Shown: positions 34,804-43,899 of the stretch, piece after piece
How the letters are laid out: each line of letters opens with the position of its first letter
Position numbering within the stretch: position 1 is the first letter of the stretch
Assembly: GCA_035533095.1 (NCBI GenBank)
Contig: DATLUM010000012.1
Location: 61 to 64,060, forward strand
Direction: 5' to 3'
Length of the DNA stretch: 64,000 bases
Source: Acidimicrobiales bacterium
GTDB taxonomy: Bacteria > Actinomycetota > Acidimicrobiia > Acidimicrobiales > Palsa-688
Made by a program: the position numbers and the translations under genes
Notes under the pieces: generated by a model
The model's database searches: none
Seen by the model: the letters and a program-made list of their open reading frames with translations, nothing else
What the model was told of the DNA's origin: nothing

Positions 34804-35586
34804 GTGACTGATCAGGTGACTCCGCAGATATCCCGCCGGCGGCGCGGGCGGGTCACTTCCGGCCTGGGTGATCCGACGACTGCAGACTCGGCACTGCTTG
34901 CCACCAGGGCCGATGTTCACGAGGACGCGTGGAGGGCACTGCGGATAACGGCGGAGTTCGTGGAAGGATTCGACGCCCTCGCCCATATCCCGCCGGCGAT
35001 AAGTGTGTTCGGGTCCGCCCGCATCGCCCCGGGATGCCCGGCTTACGAGGCAGCTCGAACATTCGGCCGGTTGGCAGCCCAAGTGGGCTTCGCCATCATC
35101 ACCGGCGGCGGCCCGGGGATCATGGAGGGAGCCAATCGCGGCTGCAGCGACGCCGGAGGAGTGTCCGTCGGATGCAACATCGAGCTGCCCTTCGAACAGA
35201 AGCTGAACCCGTACGTCAACCTGGGGATCGACTTCCGGTACTTCTTCGCGCGCAAGACGATGTTCGTCCGCTACGCCGAAGCCTTCGTGGTCTTCCCCGG
35301 AGGCTTCGGGACACTTGACGAGCTGTTCGAGGCCCTGACCTTGGCTCAGACCGGCAAGATCCTGCATTTTCCCGTGGTCCTCATGGACCGCTCCTACTGG
35401 TCAGGACTCGAGGAGTGGATCACGAAAAGGGTCCTCGGAGACGGTCACGTGTCCCCTGAGGACACCAACCTCTTCCATACCTGCGACAGCCCCGAGGAAG
35501 CGCTCCGACACATCGTCTCGGTCCTCCAGCAGCGGGTGCCCGGGCTTCAGAGCCACGTCGATCCATCCAAAGGGGACGCACAGTAG
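34804..35586 (+). CDS. LOG family protein (TIGR00730, nucleotide 5'-monophosphate nucleosidase type)
   Basis: GGGPGIMEGANRG and PGGFGTLDELFEALTLAQTGK motifs. Confidence 0.9.
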   Translation: MTDQVTPQISRRRRGRVTSGLGDPTTADSALLATRADVHEDAWRALRITAEFVEGFDALAHIPPAISVFGSARIAPGCPAYEAARTFGRLAAQVGFAIITGGGPGIMEGANRGCSDAGGVSVGCNIELPFEQKLNPYVNLGIDFRYFFARKTMFVRYAEAFVVFPGGFGTLDELFEALTLAQTGKILHFPVVLMDRSYWSGLEEWITKRVLGDGHVSPEDTNLFHTCDSPEEALRHIVSVLQQRVPGLQSHVDPSKGDAQ

Positions 35587-35611
35587 TTTCGGATCCCGGC
35601 GCGAACAGAAA

Positions 35612-35644
35612 GGCCCGCCAAAACCCTCATTGGTCTGGCGGACC
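35612..35644 (+). terminator. possible stem-loop downstream of the LOG gene
   Basis: GGCCCGCCA pairs with TGGCGGACC (8 of 9 bp, 15-nt loop), followed by CTCTTGCCCAGTTTTA. It is a weak intrinsic terminator candidate. Confidence 0.3.
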
Positions 35645-35940
35645 CTCTTGCCCAGTTTTATTCAGGAGATGAGAGCATCCGGTCGAATAAGGTCTTACGG
35701 GACCTGATGACCGCTGGCTGGCTTTGGTTCGAAAACCCCAAAGCCTCACGCCCTTGCATTCGAGAACCGTCAGCCCTCGCTCCCGACGGAGGCAGGATCT
35801 CTGATCACATCCCTAAACCTCCTTCCGGACCCCTCATTCTGGGGATCCAACTAATTCAACGTCAGCGTCGGTTCCTTCATTCCCGAGTGGCGCACTCTCA
35901 TGCCCCACCGCGATGCAGCCAGGGCCGGTCATGAGGAGGT

Positions 35941-38046
35941 TCAAGGTCCGGGGTGCCTGGCCTCGTGCGGCGCCTTGCCCATGGTCTGGTGATCTCGACG
36001 TCCCCGGACGTCTCCCGTCGGCACCGGCTGCAGAGTCCGTCGTGGAGAGCTGCCGTCTCCCGGCAACGTTCGCACGGCCGTGCCTGCCGCTTGTGACTGC
36101 TCCACCATGGCGACATCTGATTCCTCCTCTGTATGCCCTTCATGCCCTTCCACTAAGGACAGCGGCTCTACTTCTGTCAGGATCCGCTCGATATCCGGCC
36201 GATCCAGAGATTCCTGCTCGATGAGCGCAGATGCGATGGCGTCCAGTGCCGGTCGATGCATGGCTAGAACGTTCTTCGCCCGTTGCGCCTGTTCGGAAAG
36301 GATCCGTTCGATCTCGATGTCGATTACCCTCGCTGTCTCGTCCGAGTAATCGCGGGAGTGGACGAGGTCCTCGCCGAGGAACACGGGTCCCATCGGTCCC
36401 CACGCCATGTTGCCGATCCGCTTCGACATTCCCCACTCCCGAACCATGCGGCTGGCGAGCTCAGTGGCGGATACGAGGTCGTCCTGGGCTCCCGTCGAGG
36501 GAATGCCGAATACCACCTCTTCCGCTGCGCGCCCGCCGAGGCGGACTGCCAGAGCATCCTGGAGGTATGGCAACTGCTCGATTTGCCTCTCTTCAACCGG
36601 CAGCTGCTGTGTGGCACCGAGAGCCATGCCTGTCGGAAGGATGCTCACCTTGTGCAACGGGTCGGCGTGGGGCAGCAGGTGAGCCAGCAGGGCGTGGCCG
36701 GCCTCGTGGTAGGCGACGATTCGCTTCTCCTCCCGGCTGAGCACCACAGAGGTGCGGCGCAGTCCGACCAGTACCCGCTCACGGGCGGAATCCAGATCGA
36801 CCGTCTCTATCCGGTCGCTCCCGCGTCTGACGGCGATCAGGGCGGCCTCGTTGACAAGGTTCTCGAGATCCGCTCCGCTCATCCCGGGGGTCCCCCGCGC
36901 CAAGGCGTCGAGCCGGACGTCGGATCCCATCTGCTTCCCGCGGCAGTGCACCCCCAGGATGGCGGTCCTCTCATCGAGGGTTGGCAGCGGTATGACCACC
37001 TGGCGATCGAACCGTCCCGCCCGCATGAGGGCTGGATCGAGTATGTCTGGCCGGTTGGTTGCAGCGAGCAGGATGATTCCCTCCTGGCCTTCGAAGCCGT
37101 CCATCTCCGACAGCAACTGGTTCAGGGTCTGCTCGCGTTCGTCGTGGCCACCTCCGAGACCCGCCCCGCGCTTGCGCCCGATGGCGTCGATCTCATCCAC
37201 GAAGATGATCGCCGGCTTGTTCTGGCGTGCGGTCTCGAACAGGTCGCGGACGCGAGCGGCGCCGACTCCCACGAACATCTCCATGAACTCAGAGCCCGTG
37301 ATCGTGATGAAGGGAACACCGGCTTCTCCGGCGATCGCCCGGGCGAACAGTGTCTTGCCGGTTCCGGGTGGGCCGACAAGCAGTACACCTTTGGGGATTC
37401 GCGCGCCGATCGCTCTGAACTGGTTGGGCTCCTTCAAGAAGCGGACGATCTCACCGAGTTCTTGCTTCACCGCCTCGTAGCCGGCTACGTCATCGAAGGT
37501 CGTCGAGGGCCGATCCGTCACGTGCACTTTTGCCTTCGAACGCGACCAGCCCGACAAGCCGCCCAGAGATTTCTGGGCGCGGCGTGACATCCACACGAAG
37601 AAGAGCGCGATCAGCCCGAGTGGGAAAACCCACATCAGGATGCTCGACCACAGACTGCCGGAGCTGCTGGACGTGGCATAGCTGCGTTGCACGTGGTGAC
37701 TGTCCAGCAGAGTCAGGTCGGATTCGGGCAGGCCGCCCGGCGGCCCCTGCGCGGTGAACTTCTTGCCGTCGAGGAAGGTCCCGTCGATCTTGCCGCTGGA
37801 CTGGTTGATCTCGACGGATTTCACCTGGCCGTTCGCAACGTCGGAGAGTAGGGCCGAGTAGATGAGTTTCGTCGGCTGGGGCGCCGGCGTCGAAGTCGCG
37901 CCCACATAGGCGGTGAGCCCGATGAGCAGCAGGGTGAACGCCACGAGGGCTGCTCTTCCAACCCCGGAGCGTTTCTTCTGGGGTGGCTCCGGCCCTTCGG
38001 AGATCGGAGCGTTCCACCTGGACTGGTCGGGCGGCAGGAGCGTCAT
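35941..38046 (-). CDS. ftsH: ATP-dependent zinc metalloprotease FtsH (paralogue-like context)
   Basis: GPPGTGKT Walker [10 protein letters not shown] Walker B, HEAGHAL zinc site. ATG 38046 forms an ATGA overlap with the upstream small ORF. The ORF track extends to 38166. Confidence 0.9.
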   Translation of the reverse strand: MTLLPPDQSRWNAPISEGPEPPQKKRSGVGRAALVAFTLLLIGLTAYVGATSTPAPQPTKLIYSALLSDVANGQVKSVEINQSSGKIDGTFLDGKKFTAQGPPGGLPESDLTLLDSHHVQRSYATSSSSGSLWSSILMWVFPLGLIALFFVWMSRRAQKSLGGLSGWSRSKAKVHVTDRPSTTFDDVAGYEAVKQELGEIVRFLKEPNQFRAIGARIPKGVLLVGPPGTGKTLFARAIAGEAGVPFITITGSEFMEMFVGVGAARVRDLFETARQNKPAIIFVDEIDAIGRKRGAGLGGGHDEREQTLNQLLSEMDGFEGQEGIILLAATNRPDILDPALMRAGRFDRQVVIPLPTLDERTAILGVHCRGKQMGSDVRLDALARGTPGMSGADLENLVNEAALIAVRRGSDRIETVDLDSARERVLVGLRRTSVVLSREEKRIVAYHEAGHALLAHLLPHADPLHKVSILPTGMALGATQQLPVEERQIEQLPYLQDALAVRLGGRAAEEVVFGIPSTGAQDDLVSATELASRMVREWGMSKRIGNMAWGPMGPVFLGEDLVHSRDYSDETARVIDIEIERILSEQAQRAKNVLAMHRPALDAIASALIEQESLDRPDIERILTEVEPLSLVEGHEGHTEEESDVAMVEQSQAAGTAVRTLPGDGSSPRRTLQPVPTGDVRGRRDHQTMGKAPHEARHPGP

Positions 38047-38333
38047 CGGTCGTGCCCGGCGGGATGCGCGGGCCCGTCGAGGGCCGCGCGCAGCAGCGGG
38101 AGCGCCCGCTGCAGACCGGCTTCGACCGGCTGGGATGAACCGAATCGCGGGACCAAGGCCTCGCACTCAGCGAGGATCTGCTCGTCGGTCAGCCCTGACT
38201 TGACGAACACGGCCGCGAGATGGACGAGCTCTCTCGCCGTGCCCGAGGCCCGGGCGACCGATTCGAAAATCTCGGCATTCGCCTCGACCCAATCCTCGAG
38301 GTCTGTCACCGCAGCGGACTTCGGCTCTGTCAC
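38043..38333 (-). CDS. hypothetical 96-aa helical protein translationally coupled to ftsH
   Basis: GTG 38333. The stop overlaps the ftsH ATG (ATGA). Coding-like composition. Confidence 0.5.
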   Translation of the reverse strand: MTEPKSAAVTDLEDWVEANAEIFESVARASGTARELVHLAAVFVKSGLTDEQILAECEALVPRFGSSQPVEAGLQRALPLLRAALDGPAHPAGHDR

Positions 38334-38369
38334 GACCCCAGCCTGCGGCCGAGACGCTCCAGGCGACTA

Positions 38370-38383
38370 GGGCCGAACGCCCC
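38370..38383. promoter_or_regulatory. DosR-box-like palindrome GGGCCGAACGCCCC
   Basis: Fits GGGNC-NWWN-GNCCC. 37 nt upstream of the small-ORF/ftsH operon start. TA flank on the left. Confidence 0.5.
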
Positions 38384-38512
38384 GAAATCCCACTTTCACC
38401 TCGATCGTCGTCAGCGCGAGCCGCCGCCGGACAAAGGGACGTTGGGCCCTATCGGAGCGGGGCTCCGAGAGCGAACCTTGAGATCAGGACCACAGTTGTC
38501 ACGGAGGCGAGA

Positions 38513-38806
38513 ATGGCCACGCCCGGGTTGGAAATTGTCGTACGGAGTGCCATCAGGGCGTTGAGAGAGGAGGCCCGCACTCGGGCAGCCTCGGTGGAGT
38601 CCGAGAGCGAGGATCACGCCTTCTACGGCGGAGTCATGGCAGCGACAGACGACCATCTGCATCTCGAGAATCTTCCGGTTCACGGTGACAGCTGGCTGTC
38701 GCGCCAGCCGGCTGCGTTCGCGGACGGTTACACGAAGACCGCCATCTTGATTGCGAGCGCCGGATCGGACCCGCCCCACCGGTTCCGGCTGCCGGCCCGT
38801 GACTAG
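38513..38806 (+). CDS. hypothetical 97-aa protein
   Basis: High third-position GC by manual count. No recognised domain. Its stop overlaps the stop of the convergent sensor gene (CTAG). Confidence 0.4.
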   Translation: MATPGLEIVVRSAIRALREEARTRAASVESESEDHAFYGGVMAATDDHLHLENLPVHGDSWLSRQPAAFADGYTKTAILIASAGSDPPHRFRLPARD

Positions 38807-40374
38807 CCGAGAGGTTCTCGGTTCGTGTCGGATGACAGCTCGAAGATCGTGTTGCGGATATCCCGGATCGCGGTATCGATGGCTTGTACCGCTGCCGACA
38901 CCATCTCGTTAGCCTCGCTGTAGGAGATGAGACGCATGGATCCCTGCAGTTGAAGGCCCGCGGCGAACAAGTTGTGTATGACCTGGCTGTAAAGGTTTCG
39001 CGCGATGCGGTCCCTGTCGGTCAGCAGGAGCATCTCCTGCTTCCGCCGCTGGGCTCCGTCCAGTTCGAAGGCCAGGGCTGCCTGAGCTGCCAAGGCTTCC
39101 GCCAGCAACCGTACGGCCGGTTCGAACTCTCGGGCGCCGGCAGGCCGGACGAATGTCAGGGCTGCGGAGGGGGAGCGGCCTTCCGCAGACACGATCGGGA
39201 CACCGAACGTCGGTCCGCCCGGCATGTCGTCGGGGACTTCCGCGTTCGAGATCTCGCTGCGTGTGTCCGCTTCGAGAGGATGGCCGGACTCGATCACTTT
39301 CTCTGCGAAAGACCGACCTTGGGGGAGCACCGAGCCAACGAGCGTGGAGGCCGGTCCTGACCCGGCGACCACCCGGGTTGTATCGTCGCGTCTGATGCAG
39401 ATGGCCGCCACGGGCGCATCTACCAACTCGGACGCCCGCTCGCAGATGAGCGTCAGGCACCCCTCCAGCGTGGTCTCGGAAAGCAAGGCGAGCCTGATTT
39501 CCGCCGAGGCAGCGTAGCCCCGCTGCAGGCGTTCCTCTTCCTGAAGGAGCCTGTTCAACTCTCGCTCTACACGCTTGCGCTCCGAGACGTCGCGAAGGAT
39601 CGCCGAGAAGCCGCGCAGCCTGCCGGTCTGGTCCTCGAGCGGCGACACGGTGATCTCGACATTGATCGCCTTCCCAGCGCGATCGCGCCACCTGGTGTCC
39701 CTGGCAGCGACCTGGACTCCTCGGGACGCGGCATCTAGGAGCTCCTCGAGGGCAAGGGACTCCTCCGCGGGAACCAGGACCGAGATGTGCTGGCCGATGA
39801 TGTGGTCGACGGAGTAACCCAGCAGAGTCTGCGCCGCGGGGTTCCAACTGGAAATGTGCCCGTCGAGGGTGGTCGACACGATCGCGTCAAACGACGAGCG
39901 CACCAGCGTGGCGAGCTCCGCCTGCACCGCCTGGGCGCGCATCTGCTCGCTCATGTCCCGAATCCCCGCTATCACCAGCTGCCCAACGGCAGTGTCGATT
40001 GGCGCGAGGCTGATGTCCACAGGAATCTCGGTTCCGTCGAAGCGGCGCCCGCTGAGCTCGAGCCCTGCTCCCATGGCACGCGGCTCGGCGGCGGCGGTGA
40101 AGGACACCCGGTGCCCTCTGTGGCGGCTCCGTCGCCGCTCGGGCACCAGCGCCTCCATGGGATTGCCGGTGAGCGACCCTGGCGGGTAGCCGAAGAGGCG
40201 CTCCGCCTGCTCGTTGGCCAAGACGATCACACCGTCTCCGCCCACAGCCACCGCGGCATCGGGGATGAGGGACATGACCGCGCCGAGCAACTCCGGCTCG
40301 GCTCGTCGCGAGCCCCTGTCGAACCCGGCGAACGCGCCCGTTTTATCCCCTTGGAGGTGTTCGGGCTCGTTCAT
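38803..40374 (-). CDS. PAS-PAS-GAF-HisKA_3 sensor protein lacking the phospho-acceptor His and lacking any HATPase domain
   Basis: Two PAS modules and a GAF module, then DRDRIARNLYSQVIHNLFAAGLQLQG, which aligns with the DosS/DosT H-box RDRIARDLHDHVIQRLFA.GL.LQG but has Y for H. The ORF stops ~50 aa later. ATG 40374 has a GAGGGTGG SD-like sequence upstream; the ORF track starts at 40455. Confidence 0.8.
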   Translation of the reverse strand: MNEPEHLQGDKTGAFAGFDRGSRRAEPELLGAVMSLIPDAAVAVGGDGVIVLANEQAERLFGYPPGSLTGNPMEALVPERRRSRHRGHRVSFTAAAEPRAMGAGLELSGRRFDGTEIPVDISLAPIDTAVGQLVIAGIRDMSEQMRAQAVQAELATLVRSSFDAIVSTTLDGHISSWNPAAQTLLGYSVDHIIGQHISVLVPAEESLALEELLDAASRGVQVAARDTRWRDRAGKAINVEITVSPLEDQTGRLRGFSAILRDVSERKRVERELNRLLQEEERLQRGYAASAEIRLALLSETTLEGCLTLICERASELVDAPVAAICIRRDDTTRVVAGSGPASTLVGSVLPQGRSFAEKVIESGHPLEADTRSEISNAEVPDDMPGGPTFGVPIVSAEGRSPSAALTFVRPAGAREFEPAVRLLAEALAAQAALAFELDGAQRRKQEMLLLTDRDRIARNLYSQVIHNLFAAGLQLQGSMRLISYSEANEMVSAAVQAIDTAIRDIRNTIFELSSDTNREPLG

Positions 40375-40493
40375 GAACCCACCCTCTCGGCCGTGAACAT
40401 CGACCGCCCGGTGGCGGTGCCCCAATGGTATCTGCGGCCTTGCTGTAGCGGGCACCTGTTTCTGACAGTCAGATCAGGACCGGGAGGAGACTC

Positions 40494-41579
40494 TTACGCG
40501 GCTCTCCGCAGCCAGGAGCCGACATCGTCGACGACGAGAACGCCCACGACTCTGCCCTCCTCGACGACCGGCAGGACCCGGTAACCACTGCTGAGCAGAA
40601 GGTCGAGCGCCGAGCGCCCGAGATCGTCGTTCGGGCCGAGGACGGGAACGCTCCGGTCAGCCAGATCCCCCACCACCTCCTGCGAACCGGCAGGGTCGAT
40701 TTCCGACGTGTCAATCATGCCGTAGTACAGCCCGTCGCGGGTCACGACCTGAGGTCCCCGCCACCATCGCGCCAGGCTTTCGACCGGCTGCCCGGCATCG
40801 ACGGTCGTCACTGGCGAGCGCATGAATTGGCGCACGGCGTGACCGCGGAGGCGGCTGTGAACGGCGGCCAAGTTCTCCTCCTGGGTGGCAGCCAGGTAGA
40901 CGACCACACCGATCACGATCAACCAGAGGTTCCAGAAGATTCCGACAATCACCATCGCGACGCCCAGTCCCCGCCCGAACCGCGCCGCCGTACGGGTTGC
41001 CTGACCGACATCGCCGCGCCTCTCCAGCAGGGCTCGCAGGACGCGCCCCCCGTCGAGCGGGAACGCCGGGAGCAAGTTGAACAACCCCAGGACCAGGTTC
41101 AGCCAGGCCAGCCGCGGTAAGAGCGCGCCACCGTAGATGTTCACCGGCAACAGGCTCCTTCCGCTCGCAAGGGCAGCGACCGCTGCCACGACGGCAAGCA
41201 AGAGGCTGACGAGCGGACCTGCCCCAGCGATCTCGAGCTCGTCCTGCCAGGCGTCGGGCATCTTCTCGATCTGCGACACGCCACCGATGGGCAGCAGGAT
41301 GATCGAGTTGACTACGAGACCTTTCGAGCGGGCAACGACGCTGTGAGCGAGCTCGTGCAGGAGGACGCACCCGAATATCACGGCCAACCACAGGAGCCCG
41401 TCGCGGACACCGAGCCCGCCCGGCTGAGACTCGGCGACGGCGAACAGAGCCACCAGCACGAAGAAACTGACATGCACGGCTATCCGGATCCCGGCGATCC
41501 TCCCGAGAGGGATCGACCAGCGAAACGGCTTCCGGTTCCGCGATGCGGACATGGTAAGAGTGTGGCCCTCAGGGGCCAC
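40494..41579 (-). CDS. site-2 protease (peptidase M50) with a C-terminal CBS pair
   Basis: HELAHSVVA zinc motif, LLPAFPLDGGRVL, then CBS repeats. An alternative ATG start is at 41552. Confidence 0.85.
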   Translation of the reverse strand: MAPEGHTLTMSASRNRKPFRWSIPLGRIAGIRIAVHVSFFVLVALFAVAESQPGGLGVRDGLLWLAVIFGCVLLHELAHSVVARSKGLVVNSIILLPIGGVSQIEKMPDAWQDELEIAGAGPLVSLLLAVVAAVAALASGRSLLPVNIYGGALLPRLAWLNLVLGLFNLLPAFPLDGGRVLRALLERRGDVGQATRTAARFGRGLGVAMVIVGIFWNLWLIVIGVVVYLAATQEENLAAVHSRLRGHAVRQFMRSPVTTVDAGQPVESLARWWRGPQVVTRDGLYYGMIDTSEIDPAGSQEVVGDLADRSVPVLGPNDDLGRSALDLLLSSGYRVLPVVEEGRVVGVLVVDDVGSWLRRAA

Positions 41580-41588
41580 GTTTGGATA

Positions 41589-41602
41589 GAGCCGGATGAC
41601 CC
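41589..41602. promoter_or_regulatory. degenerate DosR-box-like site GAGCCGGATGACCC with TA flanks
   Basis: One half-site mismatch and a GA centre. Lies in the divergent gap between the S2P gene and the APH/P-loop gene. Confidence 0.3.
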
Positions 41603-41638
41603 TAGCGCTCTCGTGGCGGTCGAACGAAGGCTTGAATC

Positions 41639-43168
41639 GTGCACCGTGACACGCGGGATCCGTTCGCGGGAGTGATCGAAACCCACTCCGGGGTCGTCTT
41701 CTTCTTGGGGGACAGGGCCTACAAGCTCAAGAAGCCCGTCGCCTTCGGGTTCCTGGACTTCACGCAACCCGAGGTTCGGCGAGTCGTTTGTGAACGCGAG
41801 GTCGAGTTGAACTCGCGACTGGCCCCCGACGTCTACCTGGGTGTCGCGAACGTTCTCGGCCCGGACGGTTCGCCGTGCGAGCACCTCGTCGTCATGAAGC
41901 GGCTCCCCGATGAGCGGCGCCTGTCTGTCCTCGTCGGCAGCAACGCACCAGTCGAAGCTCTTCTCCGACAAATTGCCGGTGTATTGGCAACGTTCCACAA
42001 CAAGGCCCGGCGCTCTCCTGAGATCGACGCCTGCGCGACCGCTCCCGCCATGCTCGAGCGGTGGCGGGCCAACAAGCGCGAGATGGAGCCGCTGAGCGGC
42101 CAGATCTTCGACTCCGAGATCATGGAGCGGGTCGACTCCTTGGCACGGCGCTATCTCGCCGGTCGAGAAGCACTCTTCGCCTCACGGGCGGCCACCGGAC
42201 GGGTCTGCGACGGGCACGGCGATCTCCTGTGTGACGACATCTTCTGCCTCGACGACGGCCCGCGCGTCCTGGACTGCGTCGAGTTCGACGATCGCCTTCG
42301 CTATATCGACGTACTCGGAGACATCGCCTCGCTCGCGATGGATCTCCAACGTCTCGGCCGCCCCGACCTCGGCCGGCTCTTCCTACAGCAATACGGCGAC
42401 GCTTCGGGCGACGGATGGCCTGACTCTCTCGCTCACCACTACGTCGCGTACAGGGCGCAGGTGCGTTCCATGGTGGCCGGCCTGCGATATGGGCAAGGTG
42501 ATACCGAGTCCGCCGCGGAAGCGCGCGGTCTGCTTGCGATATCTGCGCAACATCTCGAGGAAGGCCGGGTTCGCCTCGTCGTGATCGGTGGACTTCCCGG
42601 CACCGGCAAGTCCACCTTGGCGCTCGAAGTCGCCAACGCCATACGAGGGACCAGGATCCGGTCGGACGAGATCCGCAAGAGGCTCGCAGGAATGACGCCC
42701 ACCACGCCCGCTCCGGCGTCGATCGGCGAGGGCATCTACTCGCCTGCGATGACCCGCTCCACCTACGACGCGCTGATCGAAGGAGCCAGATCGCACCTGC
42801 GGTTCGGCCGCAGTGTGGTGCTCGACGCCACCTTCGCGGAGCCCAGCTGGCGGACTGCCGCGCAGACCCTTGCAGACGAAACATCGGCCGACCTGCACGA
42901 GTTTCGATGCGTGGCACCGATGCAACTCATCGAGGAACGCCTATCGGGGCGGGCCAGTGTTCGCACCGCATCCGACGCGACCGCCGATGTGGCCCACCAC
43001 ATGGCCCGCTCCCAGCGGGCTTGGCCCACGGCGGCCGAGGTGGACACCACCCGGGGTATCGCCGAGACCTCTGCCGCTGTCCTGGACTTGATGGGGGTGG
43101 GCATTCGACGAGGCCCTTTGCCGGTCGGCTCGGGACGAAGGGCCCTACCACCGGAAACGTCTGAATGA
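41639..43168 (+). CDS. bifunctional aminoglycoside-phosphotransferase-like / P-loop kinase (AAA_33-like) protein, Rv2004c-like architecture
   Basis: N-terminal APH-like fold (VCDGHGDLLCDDIF, LDCVEFDD) and a C-terminal P-loop (GGLPGTGKSTLA). Confidence 0.8.
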   Translation: MHRDTRDPFAGVIETHSGVVFFLGDRAYKLKKPVAFGFLDFTQPEVRRVVCEREVELNSRLAPDVYLGVANVLGPDGSPCEHLVVMKRLPDERRLSVLVGSNAPVEALLRQIAGVLATFHNKARRSPEIDACATAPAMLERWRANKREMEPLSGQIFDSEIMERVDSLARRYLAGREALFASRAATGRVCDGHGDLLCDDIFCLDDGPRVLDCVEFDDRLRYIDVLGDIASLAMDLQRLGRPDLGRLFLQQYGDASGDGWPDSLAHHYVAYRAQVRSMVAGLRYGQGDTESAAEARGLLAISAQHLEEGRVRLVVIGGLPGTGKSTLALEVANAIRGTRIRSDEIRKRLAGMTPTTPAPASIGEGIYSPAMTRSTYDALIEGARSHLRFGRSVVLDATFAEPSWRTAAQTLADETSADLHEFRCVAPMQLIEERLSGRASVRTASDATADVAHHMARSQRAWPTAAEVDTTRGIAETSAAVLDLMGVGIRRGPLPVGSGRRALPPETSE

Positions 43169-43206
43169 GAGATTGACATCCAACGAGCCGGAAAGGAGGC
43201 GTCGAA

Positions 43207-43410
43207 GTGTCACCGAGCAAGCGTTGTGATGAGATCCTCCGGATCCTCGACGATGCCCTGTCGGACCTGTCCGACCTTCCGGCCCGAGGTTTCGAGAATC
43301 GCCTCCCTGGCGAGGCAGCCCCCCAGCTCAGGGCCATCGGCTCCCGCTACCGGTGGGGCCAGTCGACCCAAACGGGATCCAGCGGGGCGAACGAAGCGCT
43401 GCTCGGATAG
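43207..43410 (+). CDS. possible small protein (67 aa)
   Basis: GTG 43207 lies 7 nt after AAGGAGG. The N-terminal 30 aa look helical (SKRCDEILRILDDALSDLSDL). The 3' end overlaps the convergent PPOX gene by 64 nt. Confidence 0.3.
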   Translation: MSPSKRCDEILRILDDALSDLSDLPARGFENRLPGEAAPQLRAIGSRYRWGQSTQTGSSGANEALLG

Positions 43411-43814
43411 TTGCCGATCTCCCGCCCCGTGACTGACTCCGGGATGATCTCGACGACGGCATCGGTCTCGTCGCGCAGAGCAGACGGGATAGCGGCCGTC
43501 TTCACAGTCTCGGCGTTGCCCCCCAACGCCTCGGTGACCTCGTAGGCCCGGCCCCGCACTACGACGCTCCATCCGGTCTGGCCGTCGGGATGGACGCCGT
43601 CGATCTCGAAGGCCACCCTCGCGTAATCGGCCCCCGCGAGCTTCGTTCCCCTGTTTGTTCGGAAGACGATCACCCCGTCTCGGTAGAGGTAGTTCACCGG
43701 GAAGATCAGCGGCTGGCCGTCTGCGATGACCGCCAAGCGCCCGAACCGCCCCGCGGCCAGGAGCCCAGCGCACTCCGAGGCGGTCAATTCCTTCAACGTC
43801 GTTTTCTCTCCCAT
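43347..43814 (-). CDS. pyridoxamine 5'-phosphate oxidase-like (split-barrel, Pyridox_ox_2) family protein
   Basis: CAGLLAAGRFGRLAVIADGQPLIFPVNYLYRDGVIVFRTNRGTKL...WSVVVRGRA pattern. Confidence 0.85.
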   Translation of the reverse strand: MGEKTTLKELTASECAGLLAAGRFGRLAVIADGQPLIFPVNYLYRDGVIVFRTNRGTKLAGADYARVAFEIDGVHPDGQTGWSVVVRGRAYEVTEALGGNAETVKTAAIPSALRDETDAVVEIIPESVTGREIGNYPSSASFAPLDPVWVDWPHR

Positions 43815-43856
43815 TTGTACCCTCCGGATTCGACCGCGCGAAGGGACCGACCATCA

Positions 43857-43874
43857 GCGGGCATTTTCGCCCGC
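43857..43874 (-). terminator. GC hairpin between hsp20 and the PPOX-like gene
   Basis: GCGGGC-ATTTTC-GCCCGC is a perfect 6-bp stem. There is no U-tract on the transcribed strand, so the function is uncertain. Confidence 0.3.
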
Positions 43875-43899
43875 CGCGGCCGGCCCCGGAACGCGACTG

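Noticed and set aside
33904-35367. A 487-aa minus-strand ORF (and similar long ORFs at 48007-49872, 49647-50909, 36283-37587, 26827-27915, 42120-42917 and 19578-20000).
   Set aside because: These are Arg/Pro/Gly-rich antisense or shadow ORFs, typical of high-GC DNA. Each lies opposite a gene with clear domain signatures.
35720-35745. Hairpin with a GGTTCGAAAACC loop reminiscent of a tRNA/tmRNA T-arm.
   Set aside because: There is no acceptor stem, no anticodon arm and no CCA-proximal structure around it. The loop is 10 nt, not the canonical 7-nt T-loop. No tRNA or tmRNA could be built.
35810-35850. The minus-strand GGUCCGGAAGGA string resembles the SRP (4.5S) RNA domain IV apical loop.
   Set aside because: The match ends after 12 nt. 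The conserved AGCAGC side of the symmetric loop is absent (GGUUUAGGG instead), and the flanks do not pair into the expected helix. It is more likely a chance SD-like sequence.
38411-38802. Search for a decayed HATPase domain downstream of the truncated sensor gene, including the 122-aa minus ORF.
   Set aside because: None of the three minus-strand frames shows N, G1 or G2 box remnants. The plus-strand ORF 38513-38806 has the more coding-like third-position GC.
41562-41579. Palindrome GTGGCCC-TCAG-GGGCCAC at the 5' end of the S2P ORF, considered as another copy of the box.
   Set aside because: The half-sites are in everted orientation (GNCCC-N4-GGGNC), not the GGGNC-N4-GNCCC arrangement, so it was not counted as a box. 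It may still be a separate hairpin or operator.
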